Shown here one piece after another: positions 51,992-64,000 of a stretch of DNA of 64,000 nucleotides (within the stretch, counting starts at the first letter, position 1; the number at the start of each line of letters is the position of its first letter). This DNA is from Ophelia neglecta (taxonomy: Eukaryota). The notes beneath the pieces are model-generated. The model was not told the DNA's origin. It ran no database searches and worked only from the letters and a program-made list of their open reading frames with translations. The position numbers and the translations under genes were made by a program. The stretch is taken from assembly GCA_965285935.1 (NCBI GenBank), contig OZ260661.1:27776001-27840000 (forward strand). The letters are read 5' to 3'.

Positions 51992-54260
51992 TGCTGTGAG
52001 AGTAAATTTACTTGAATTGCATTTGCAACTCCATCCTCAGTTGTTATTCAGTAATATTAACTCAAGCTAAATAACTTATTAAGCAGTGATATAAAGTCAA
52101 CATTCAGAACTTAAGTTTCTATTTACCATTTGGGTCAGCGGTCAAGAAGTTTAAATTAATTAACTGAACTTGCCATTCGCATTTCATCCTTGAAGACTAA
52201 CATCAAGAATGATTAATTATAAACAAATACATTCACATGCAGCACGCACAGCTTATAACACACATTTGTTTTGCCCGAGCTGGTAAACGCATCAATGTTT
52301 GCACACTTAAAAAACACCGTAAGGAAATGTTTAACTCGAACTGTTCCGTTTCCTGGTATACGAGACTTATTTTATTGATTTCTCAAAGTATGTGCCTGAA
52401 TCCGACGGGACATGAACGATTGAATAAGAGGGTTAATTTACCCACTTTGACTGTAATCATATCATCAATTTCCAAAGATATCCTATACCAATGGGAAAGA
52501 GAAAAGTGACGTCAATGCTGTACTACGTGTGGCCTATAATTTACGCTTTTGGCATGACATTTCATCAATGTACAAAGTAACTTTAACTTAACGCTTTGTT
52601 ATTACGCTCAATTAAGCATGACTCTTTAACATGAGAAGCTAGCGTGATAATGTAGATGCGGGTGCACACGCCTGATACAATGGACTGTCGTGATTTGAGT
52701 GATAATTATCATTTCTGACTTATTTCAGTCATATTCAATGCCGGATTCGCTTCTATCGATCGCACCATAAAGGGTGCCGTAATGCCAACGTGACTTATTT
52801 AGGGACCGTCAATGGAGGCAGACATCTGCCCATTAACTGCCACCCACGCAACAGTTCCTGTCACGTGCCCTAAGAGTCTCCTTGCATTAGTGTTAAAATG
52901 TATGACTGCCTTGCTTCTCAATTCGTTCATTGCATTTTATCATGCCATCAATAGCCACAGCAATGAGTTGGTAGTTACATAGAATTGCATTATATTTACC
53001 GCGTGACATGTGTTCAAATTGAACTTAACATATCATACTCAAAACAAGTTAGTTAAGTGTTGTCGACTCAAAGATCAAGACAACGGCAATATTGGTCTAT
53101 GGTTCGTGGCAATTCTTCAGGAGCTGAATGAAATAACTTGGGAGAAATATTATCAGAGATCATAGCGAAACAAAATGAATCAGTCGGGGGTAAAGACTTG
53201 TTTAATCCAGTGGGTATATTATCATTTAAAGAACTAAATAGGTGGGACTCGAGCGTTTAAGCCACCGACAATTTCCTTGGGTTAGTCCACACCGTTCAGG
53301 AGGCCACTATCTTTGTTTTAAGGGAATACCTCAAGGGCGCTTAAAATTCATACAGAGTCAAATGCTAAATCGCTCAAATATTTCCGGCCGTAAGCTTGCC
53401 AGTGTAACCACAATACAGTGTTTTCTATGCATCTAACGTTTACATTCAACCACAACAAGAGGTAGCTGGCACCAAGCAATTCCAAATCAACTGAATGAGC
53501 AATTACACTATAATAGCATGTTAACGGACTTGACCGCCATACACACATTTTACTCGCAGTGCTTCTTCTTCAAACTACAACAGGACGAAACATCTAACAA
53601 TGTCAATGTGAATACAACAGTCGTCTCAATTCTCAATACTTTCATAAGATGAAGGATATTTGACAAAGAACGCAATTCTAAAACTTATCAAGCACTCAAG
53701 CAAGTTATTTGCAAAGTCCCAATGTGCATTTGAATATAAAGTATTGTATCTGAATAGTTATGTGCACATTGCAAAGTGTACAGATGGCTTGCCTTTAAAG
53801 TGTTACTCAATTCGCTGCGTGAAATGTATTAGATTAACAGACAATGCCGCTCGATAATTTCTTGTTCATATTTTATACATCCCCTTTTTTTAACTTTTTT
53901 CTATTCGAGGTGCGACTGGGCTTATACTGAGACATTTACGTTAAAAAGCGGAAGAAGAATAATTAACTGAGGAGAAATGTAATTAACATAATTACAATAC
54001 GGAACATCCATTTGGCCTACCAGATAGCCAGTCAGAAAGGTCAGACCACTTAAGCTCGTTCAAAAATGCATAAGAAAGGCCAGGTACGGGTTCATTGCTA
54101 TTTGTACCAAACAATAAACTTTGATGGCCAAGCAGGATATCAAGTTCGGCCTCTAATGGCAAAGAAGCCGGTCAAAGAACAAAATACCCTGGACTGAACA
54201 CCTTGTAAATGATGTACGTTGAGGGCAAAGCTTTATCTAGAGGGGACGAAAAACGACATT

Positions 54261-54467
54261 GCTGGATAGCCGGCAGACGAACATAAATCATTAGGAATAG
54301 TCAACTAATTAGGTTCGAAATAATCTGGAACCACTAGCCCAGCTGTAGGTTAACGAACACCCTTACACGAACAGGACACAATAAAATGATAGTACTTTCA
54401 ATGAGAAGTAGTCAACAGTTTTTCATGGTACGATTCAAAGCACAAAACAAACGAGTCAGTGATCAAC
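54261..54467 (+). repeat. Dispersed repeat family A copy
   Basis: CTGGATAGCCGGCAGAC...GGTTCGAAATAATCTGGAACC...CAATGAGAAGTAGTCAACAG...CAGTGATCA. Confidence 0.7.
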
Positions 54468-56325
54468 AACAGCCGCTAAGGTCTGACATAGTATTCAAAA
54501 TGCAAACTGGTCCTTCTCGCTGAAAGGTTTTAGCGTTCATATGTAATACGCTGCACTTACTGCCCGAGCCCTATTCCTTTACTATTATGCAGTTTAACCG
54601 GTAAAGCAAAACAATGTCCAGCGCTGAACATGCGGATAGGAATTGTGTTTCACCTTACACTATGTGGACTTTATGATGTTAAATTACCCTATAAAGTTGC
54701 TCATAATCCAGCTTTACACGCAGTCGATACAATTATTATAAATGTTTTTATAAGAATGGTGACGCTTGAATATTTGTCGAATAATGCGATGAGTCATGCC
54801 CCTTTAAACATCATTTTAGAACAGATTTTTCAATCTCTAAATGGTCATATGAACAATCTCATATGAAAATTGTTGTTTTATGTTATCATTGCGCACTGAT
54901 ATATTAATCGTGACCATTTCATATATATTGATTGACACCAATGTATATTCAATACATCTTTGTTTGCAATCGAACTTCAACCGGAGGACGGAGACAACAT
55001 CTTGATATCACAATGGGCTTATAAATAGCTTATCGCGAGTACCCGGATGAACTTTACCAGCGCTAATGGTTCTTCATGCAGGACGATGTCTGTCGAGACT
55101 AATGCGAAAGAGGCAAAACACTGAAACCCTTATTCTAACGCGCACTTACCTTGTAATAGGTGTTTTAAAGGATTTACTAGGTTGATCAGAAAAATACTCG
55201 GACATTTTACAAAAAGCGATTGTCTGGTTGGGGTACATTGTTTTTAACAAAAGTCCACTTTTATTGGAAACATTGACCATTTATGAACATACTTCTAATT
55301 CTGCTATATTTGACATGATGTGCATGTGTTCACTGGCATGCTAATAAACATTGGACAGGTTGCTACCAATTAATTTAATTTTATATAGCCGAGACTGAAT
55401 ATGGAAAGGGTCTGACAACTCTGACATTTGTACATCGGAGACTTATAGTTGTACAGATAATGACTATGATGGATATAAAGAGTTTTATACTATGCGCTGG
55501 CATTTAGATATTTAGGGCTATTTTGGTACCTTTCCATAAAGCTTGGCTAGGGTAATCCTGTTTCAAGCACACTAATTTCACGAAGATATCAAACTTTTAA
55601 TAGTCGTGATGGGTCACAAAAAATATCAAGGTCTGCGGATAACAGGGAACGCTGATCTGGTAATGTGGTGATTTATCTGTATGTTGGTAACGCCGCATAA
55701 AGTTTCACTTTTTCAACAAGCTATATTTATTTAATGATCCTCATGTTCCTCGACCTGTTCATTTATATCATGAAAGTGTGCACATTGTTTCAAAAATAGT
55801 TCCTCCGTGCCTTTAACACACCGAGATAACGTGAAACATCGAAAATCAAAATGCTATATTTTTGCCAGGTTATCCCTCGCCGCGCATAGTTGAAAATTAC
55901 CAATTCTATATCTCGTCATAACTATCTGAACACAAATGTTTTTTCTGGCATCATTTGTACGGATGACATTCTGTTTAAAAGTAACGGGCGTTACCAACAG
56001 CTGATTTTGCGCCGTGCATCTGTTAAAGAAATAAGTTGAAATGACCTCTTAAACCAACCACCGAGCTGCTTATACATGAATTCAATGTCTACAATCCCAT
56101 TTGCTATGATAATCGATTGTCAAATAAATATCAAGATTGGATTCGTTTACATATACACATTTACATAAAGAGTGTGCTGCACACACAGGACAAGATATAA
56201 GAAAGAGTTTCTTAACGACCAATAGCAACAATGTTCGTTATCATAATGAGAGACTAGTTCGCATAAAAAATATTCAAATTTCGATATGTTTTTCAAAAGC
56301 CCGCGAGGTACGCGAATGTTCTCTA

Positions 56326-56360
56326 CCCCCCCCCCCCCACACACACACACACACACACAC
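56326..56360. repeat. Poly-C run followed by a (CA)n microsatellite
   Basis: C13 then about 11 CA units. Confidence 0.9.
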
Positions 56361-59300
56361 CTCCCACACCGAAACCACCTTCCTCCATATCCTTCTCACT
56401 GAAAATCAAGTACGCCTGCTTGGCGATATCCGGTTTTTGCGAGATACCTTATAATGAAAATTGTAACATTTTGTTGGCTTTGAGATGCTTCACGAACCAA
56501 GCTTCTCAATGGGATGTTTAGATTCTATGAAATGATGTTGTCACGAAGGGAAGACAAAGGATCTTTTTATTGTCTGAAATAGAGGGGCGCCTCAAGGAGA
56601 CATAAAAGAGGCTCTATATGGACACCACTGAAACGAACGATATTGGCGTGTTGCAATATTGATGTGACCGCAAGGAAAATGCTGTTTGCTCTAATGCAAG
56701 GTCAAGGCAAGGACACTTTCCCCTCGGAGAATCTAACTTGAATGTAAAAGTGCTGAACCTCTGGCTAACATAAACCTCTTTGTATTGCACATTGCGGCTT
56801 CAAAGAAACGTTCCCAGCCTCATGTCAAATGACCTTCAACATCAAAGAATACGACCACCGACTCGTCGTTTTGTGCCATTTAGAAGATGCGTCAGTAATG
56901 ACATTTTCTGCCATGACAAAGTGCCATCAACTGTTCAACAATGTTTAATGGACTACTCATAGCTGGCTCGATTTACCTTTATTCAATAATTCAATGAAGA
57001 ACGGGTGAAAATTGAAAGTTAGTTTGGAGACACGTCGGGACAGTGGGGAAAAGTAGGCTTGCCAACAGCAATGGACCCTTGTGAACTAGTGAAAATTATG
57101 CACCATATCTGTTAACATGCTATGGTACCTATTCAATGTTGGCCATTATATAAATCTAAGATAAGCGGAAGCGGGAAGTTTCAAACATTTATGGAATTCA
57201 TTTCGTTGTTGAAAGTGCCATTAGATTCTTATAAACCTTTATAGCATGAGTGTAAGGCTACCATCGGAAAACGGATCGTCACCAAATTTTCTAAATCGAC
57301 ATTGCATTGATGCATTGATGGAAATTGATGGAAATGGAGTTTTGCAACAGTGTGCCAAACATATACTATATAATCGGTGATTTGCACAATAATGACCCTG
57401 TCTACAACCTTCTAAGAACAACAAATATAGTCATTCTTTTCGATCACATTCAGTTGAATCTCGGACAGCAGAATAGCCACTGAACTGTACGTCTTAGAAG
57501 AGTCAACAGCGCTCTTCTCGATTCCCGTTCGTGTTTGTACTTAACTAGGGATTAAAAGTCAAATCATGCATTTTGAAATGTCAAAAGAGTCGAGTACCAA
57601 ATCGCAATATTCCAATTACGTTTGAAACCTTAACCAAATCAATTTTGTAGCGAATAAATGCAGGCAATAGATTATTTTGCAAACGCTGTCCACCATGTAC
57701 ATTTTCGAGGTCCTATCAAATAGTATCCCGGTACTTAAGGTCACACGCTTGTCTGAATTGTTTACATGGTAATGAAATTTGACTGATTCGAACAAAATAT
57801 CGATTTCAATTCAGCCTTACATTGTACGATCTAATATTTTGACCATTTAATATTTTTTGGTTTACTGATTCATTCCTTCGTTCCCTTGTCGAATCGGTTA
57901 AAGTAAATCTATATTTTTTACTCAGGAACGTTTATACCTTATTCGTATTTGATACATAAATTAGCTACCGAAAGGAAATGCTTCAGGCGTATTCCAACCA
58001 AGTTTTGTGTGCTTTGTGCCTTTTAAGTGGTTCCGATAATGTGCAAAAAGTCGCAATGACTTCAAATATAAAAACAACTTAAACTAAAGGGTATTTATTG
58101 TGAAATTGGCTGTCTCGATTACTTTCAACTTAAGGCCCATCCACAATTTATGAACTACGCAAATTCCTACCTACTATTTACCGTTTGCAAATAATACATA
58201 TCCACGAGGGGCTATAGAGCCTATCGTTTTACTATTTTTACATGGTATGGGACGCGTTCTACCTTGTGGAGGCGAGGCGTTTTAGATACTAATCGATACT
58301 CGTTCCTAACGCCTATTACAATAGTCGCTGCAATCATCCACATAAAAAGCTCCTCGTAACGAAGAGGATCACGGATGATCGTTACATCACATGAGATTTC
58401 GGAACAAGTAAATGGATTCAAACACCACAAGAGCAGGAAGCCAATTCTCAATAGTAACACCTATTTACACTTACCCATGAAGAGTTTCTTCAGAACGTTA
58501 GCATTGCAAAGTTCTTCGCCACTTTGCCATTTGTCTATAATTAATCTGACAACCCTGGTAAGCTAGCCTGATACAACCAACTAGCAAACTCTTCAATGTA
58601 TCCAATAAAAATCCTAAGACTAGCGCGAAATATTTGCAAACGGATATTTTATTTATTTCTTGCAGGACATATTGTTCTTTCTTATTCGGACAGCTTTGTT
58701 TAAAGCAAAACAACGTTATTTTCGGAGAAGTTTTATTTACCAAAAGCACTCACGATTTTTAGTAATTGTTTAATTATTCACATTTTACTAGTTTCATCTT
58801 TGGCTAAGAAAACCGCTTGTCGTCATTCTAGCTTACTTAGATTGAAAGTTGTTCCTATAGGGGTCATTAAGGGGGTCACCCCTACAATTACCACCATAGA
58901 ATAAGCGCTTAAAAAATTCTTTTACGTGACAAGTCAGTGATAAAATTTTGAATAAAACATATGTACTTCCGGTTCCTCATTTAACAACCTGTAATACTTC
59001 CCTCTTTTTATATTCATGATTGAAGAACTAACAATCCAAACATTCTATTGATTGACTTAATGAACTATTTTTGATTCACGATTTTGCTTGTTTTGCAGGG
59101 TATGTGCGCATTTTGTGCCCCTTTGATATGCAGGTTTCGAGAACTACGTACCCGAGCCTTCTTTTCATTGCCATATTTAAAGCCTGACAGGAAGAAAGTG
59201 GCATTAACTGCGTAGGTCGAACTGCATTTTCATCATCCCTTTTGTTCTTCCGCTTCCCCTTTGTAGACGCATTCTAACATGCATTTACATTAAGTGTTGC

Positions 59301-60643
59301 ATATAGTAGGTTCACGTCTTTGTTAAAATGGATGACTTTAGGTTAAAGTTATATTTTTCAACATGGCGCTAGCTCATACACTATTAAGATCAATTTTTTT
59401 CAGGCCAAAATACAGCAATTCATCAATCCCAAGTTTCCAAACATTAAACATCCAGTGTGTGTTCCGGAAAAGAATACGCCCGACGAACCTCTGCGTGTCG
59501 TATTAGGCGATAATGTTTTTTGTTCTTAAAACTCATATGTTAATATTGCGCAGTGGTGTTCATTCCGCCCAACATGTACAGATAGGATGATTGAATGCTT
59601 TACCAACCGTACACGTCAACAACGCGTATATTATCATTAGAAATATCTGAAATATCTGTGCATTATTTATATCTGTACATCTTAAATATCCACATCAACA
59701 GGTTAAGCTGATTATGCTGGTTCAATTAATTTGATCCAATATTTTGTAGTTCATGCTTCAATCAGATTGACTGATACAGGCTTTTGCTAAGGCGACCAGG
59801 CAAAAACAATTCACATTCCATGTTAGAGGTTATAACACAGCAGCACAAAAATGGCTATTCCCAAATGTGCGATACATAGACACCTTAAAGGCAAAGAAAA
59901 AGTCAAATGGAAAATACCATCACGATTTTTCATGACTTGTAATGTCAATTGACAAAGTTTTATGATTGAATTCTCTCATCTCAAATTGGAAAGTCCAAAA
60001 AGATTCCACCGTCGAAACGTCTTATAGCATGTCGTGCGGCTTATAGCAATATTTATATTTTTGTAACATTGGCCTGGCGCTTTTCAACATTGATGGGCTT
60101 CCAACGAATTTGAAAATGATAGATTCATTTCCGGAAGACTATATGAAACTCCTTTGTCTTACCGCATTGAGGAAATTATAATGAGGTTACTCTTGATTCC
60201 AATAACGGGAGTGGATAACCAATAGACACATGATATAAGTCACTAATCACGAATTATTTATTACCAGATAATTATAAGGAAACATACAGATTTTATACAG
60301 AAAAAACAATTAACAAAGAATGTCAGAGACAGAAATGAGTACTCATGTTCAGTAAATCCAATTCGATTTGGAGTATATGTTGGAATGTTTTTCTCTTCAT
60401 GAAGGTATGTTGTTATTTGTATATATACTACGGAGTTCATGGCGCTGGGATCTTTTAAGATCATAAAGGGATAACGCCTTGGTAAAAGCAGAACTTTTCA
60501 ATTCTACAGATATGCTTGTTTATGCAATTAAAGATACAGACAAAGCAATACTTGAAAGATGTTTTCGAGAATTTTGTGAATAGCATTTTGTTCATTCAGT
60601 GGTTATGTGCTCCCGTACTGAATTACACAAAACCAAACCAAAA

Positions 60644-62462
60644 ATGGCTGACATTGAGACAAATGAAACCCGATACCCGACGAGAAGGACAAGAACGCAC
60701 GAGACTGAGGATCTTACAATAGGAAAGTTCAAATTAACGCTAACTACAAACCCAATGAACGTAAGTTTCTTCATTATATTATTACGCGACGTATCCTTGT
60801 ATGTTTACTGTCGAAAGCAATGATGATAGTTCAATGATTGCCCCGACTGTACACACATAATAGTAATGGATTAAAAACAGCTGAGACAGGAAACTCATCT
60901 GTGTTGACAGTCGTAGCCTATGTGTAGCAATATGGATTATTTCTGCACAGCTGTCTTTGCCCCAGAATGGCCAATCGAGTGAGATTTACAGTGCAGACAA
61001 ATATCCAGCCACTCGTGACAACCCGGAAGGAGATGAAGGTATCGACAAATCGGTGTCCTTTTATTCCAATTACACTCCACGGATACTTATTTGATCGGCT
61101 TTTTGTACTAATGATTCCTTGCTACTCAAAGAGGTGGCAGTAAGCAGAATGTTATGCTCGTAGATAATAAATAACACAGGATTTTCAGAATATCTCCTGG
61201 TTCAGTAACATTGTTATGACACAGTGTATTAGCCATCCACTATGCATATTGAGAATGATGTGGGTTGGCGATGCTTATAATCGCGTTAAAAGGCAATGGC
61301 AGCAGTGCGATTTGCTTCGAAGGTAAGTCATTTTATTTGTTAGAAACCAAACAATCTATGTAATTCCATTGTGTTGTGACGTTGCAGTCAACACTTAATA
61401 TTATGTTAATGTATTGCATAGATTAATCAAGTTAAACTGTGCACCGAAAATCAGATAATAAAACATTGGAAAAAGTGTTAATAGCGAAATGAATCGGATT
61501 AACCTGAAATGGACCAAAACTATACGGCGAATGGATAAGTGTTTAGGTATGCGAGGACATCTATTTATGTATCTTCTGGTTTGCAAATTGTCAAAACCTT
61601 TTACTCGTAACCGCCTATTCATGGGAAACACGTTTTAAGCTACACACCACACACCCAACTACCCTCCCCAAAAAATGACAAGTAGGCCAGAGTTAGTAAG
61701 TTGCCAATAACAACATGCTCCACTGCATACACGCTAACCGCGATATCACTACCTTTAAACATGCGCTGTTATAATATCGTACATTGCAGTTGCACAGTTC
61801 AGGCACTATAAAAGGATTACTGGTTCAATAAACATAAGTGAAATTATTAAGTACTGTCGAATAGATTAGATATCATTTCCTCTATAGTATTCTGGGACTT
61901 TTTACATCCCTCTTTAGTCTTGTGTTACTGAGACATTTTTATATATTGTCACTTAATATCATGAGAGCTTACACCGTCATAGACACTCTTAGGTACAATT
62001 TTTTTGTCCTACTTTGTCCACCAGCTCGCTTATTGTCTAATCTGACTCTCATTGTGGACACCGTTGACTGCTTCTTATTGGTTAAAAACTAGAGTGGTAC
62101 CCGGCAGACAAAGCCAATTCATTAGTTGAGAATAGTCCGTCACATAGGTCCGAAATTATCAGGAACTAGCATCCACACCCCCACCCACATCTATCACTCT
62201 TTTGTAATGCGATTTAATTACATATGTATTAATTATGTGGGTGCTGGATATGTGATGTGTGTGTTCCTGTGGCTGCTTGTTTTTGATGATTTCGGACAAT
62301 TTTCTGAAAAATGAGTTCGTTTTACCTTCCAGGGACCGCAACGTTTTTCACAGGAAGCCTTAGGGCGTTAGACATGCGATCGGACAGTATAATGGGCCGC
62401 CATGATTCAATCTCTGCCAACTTAGCTTTACAGGTCAGACATGTCTGGCTTTCTTGCGTATC
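60644..62462 (+). other. Candidate spliced gene of unknown function (exons 60644-60760, 60951-61038, 62333-62462; alternative exon 61189-61322)
   Basis: AAAATGG start context, GTAAGT donors at 60761, 61323 and 62463, pyrimidine-rich acceptors, and one phase-consistent open frame. No recognisable domain. Confidence 0.25.
62092..62297. repeat. Two family A copies in inverted orientation (62092-62198 on +, 62254-62297 on -)
   Basis: GTCCGAAATTATCAGGAACTAGCATCCACA...CACATC is mirrored by GATGTG...TGTGGCTGCTTGTTTTTGATGATTTCGGAC. Confidence 0.7.
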
Positions 62463-64000
62463 GTAAGTGGAATATTTAACAGGTAAGTTTGACTTCAATC
62501 ACTTAAGCACGTCAAAGCTCTACGAAATATGAACCATTAGCCTGTTTTTTTAATTCGTTTTCCCCATTATGACAATGATTAACGAAAAGGTTGTCCCTGT
62601 AAATCAGAGTTTGATGGCGATTAGCTTAATGGCCCAAATTATTGGCATTATACATTCGTGGTAATTGGCTGAGCCAACTTCACCTTATTTATTGAGTGAG
62701 GCATGTGGAAGCAATGTCAGCGATTAGGCAGTTCAATTACAAAGTGGAACTTATTTTGCGATAAAGCCCAGTTGTTTATTGGCTGAGAATGTATAGCCCA
62801 GCCGGAAGGAAGCAAAAACTATGGTCGTATATTGAATAGCAATCTATTATTTTGATGTAGGAAATACATTTAGCTTAACAATCACCAAGTTTTTATTACT
62901 GATAGGATGCCTAAATGGTATTCACAGAAGGTGTCAAGAGGATTTACTATTGGAAAAAAACAATAAACGCAAGTTTCCAAAACTCGAAAGAAAGCCATCT
63001 GTTCACATGTTACTATCCATCCTTAACAGGAAAATCAAACTAAACTATGTCGCAATGAAAAGGCTATTCATCAGCGAAAATAGTGGCACAATTAACAAGA
63101 GTCGCAAAATTATCTTTCCTTGGGATGATCAAATAATTCGTCCGCTCCTAAAGCCGCTTCCTGTGAAACATTTTCCCTTGCTGCTTTATGTCTGAACGAG
63201 CAATCAGTATGGTGCAGGAAGTACACCTGGTAGCAAAGTGCAATATAAACGTATTATCTTGTTTATTTGAGTGATTTAGCAAATGTCAATCATATTAGAA
63301 TCCGCCTTTAATATACCATCACAATTGCGAACAATGTGTCCATGGTGACTGTATGCCTAAGAGGATGTGTTTCCTTTTGGATGAGCCATGATCCATAGCT
63401 GCCTTCCAAGGACTATGGCTATGTTAAGGAGTTAGTCTTTTTATGGGTGTCTGCTGATCACCTGTTCAAAACGCCATTTACAAAATACAGATGAATAATA
63501 TAAATGAGCCTCCAAAAGCGAATAGACTTATAAAAACTCATGCAGTTTAACGCAGCTTATTCAGAACAGGAAAATCATACTCTCATTCCCCCAGCTTCTG
63601 AATAGCCAAACTTGTCATACAAGGCAGGTTTTCTCGCATTGTCTGAAAAGCATAATGACATTGGATGTACTATCCTGAAATGCAATGCATCGTTTAGGTA
63701 CGTTCATTTGGTTCCTCATTGACAATTTTTCTGTCAATTGAGACACTATTACTAGCCGGATTGGCTGGTTTTTATATTTTGTCAATATTCTTTCCTCCAA
63801 AGAGTGTATGCCTTGAATATATTTGCAAATGTCATTTGGATGTTAATGAGCGGGTGCACTTTATAGTTCCCAAATGGATGCGGGCCATATTTTCCATTGG
63901 CTCTTATAGAGAAAAGGAAATTGTGCCCGTCGAATTCAGTGCATTACTATTAGCCAAATTAGCTAGTCAGTGCAAAAGTACATAATATTAAAGCAAATGT

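Noticed and set aside
26000-60500. Numerous 60-110 aa ORFs in the intergenic region
   Set aside because: Their lengths are as expected by chance, many use non-ATG starts, and none shows a recognisable domain or consistent exon chain.

Overview
AT-rich animal genomic DNA, probably from an invertebrate (spliceosomal GT-AG introns, decayed LINEs, MITE, minisatellites). It has three main parts. (1) A full-length, apparently recent L1/Tx1-clade non-LTR retrotransposon (7366-12980, + strand) with a perfect 17-bp target-site duplication, a poly(A) tail and two intact ORFs. ORF2 is a standard APE-RT-zinc protein. ORF1 is unusual: after two CCHC knuckles it carries a complete in-frame NADAR (YbiA/DUF1768) domain, a family of N-glycosidases and guanine-ADP-ribose erasers. 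This is the best candidate for an undescribed system: a retrotransposon that may carry its own eraser against nucleic-acid ADP-ribosylation. The ORF1-ORF2 spacer is spanned by a 52-codon mini-ORF with stop/start junctions at both ends. (2) A 7-exon DHRS11-like short-chain dehydrogenase gene (20954-24106, 253 aa), facing a decayed L2-type LINE tail to tail. (3) Intergenic DNA with about 10 copies of an old dispersed repeat, other RT fossils, three adjacent minisatellites and a weak candidate spliced gene near the right end. All domain calls come from recognising motifs by eye; no database search was run.
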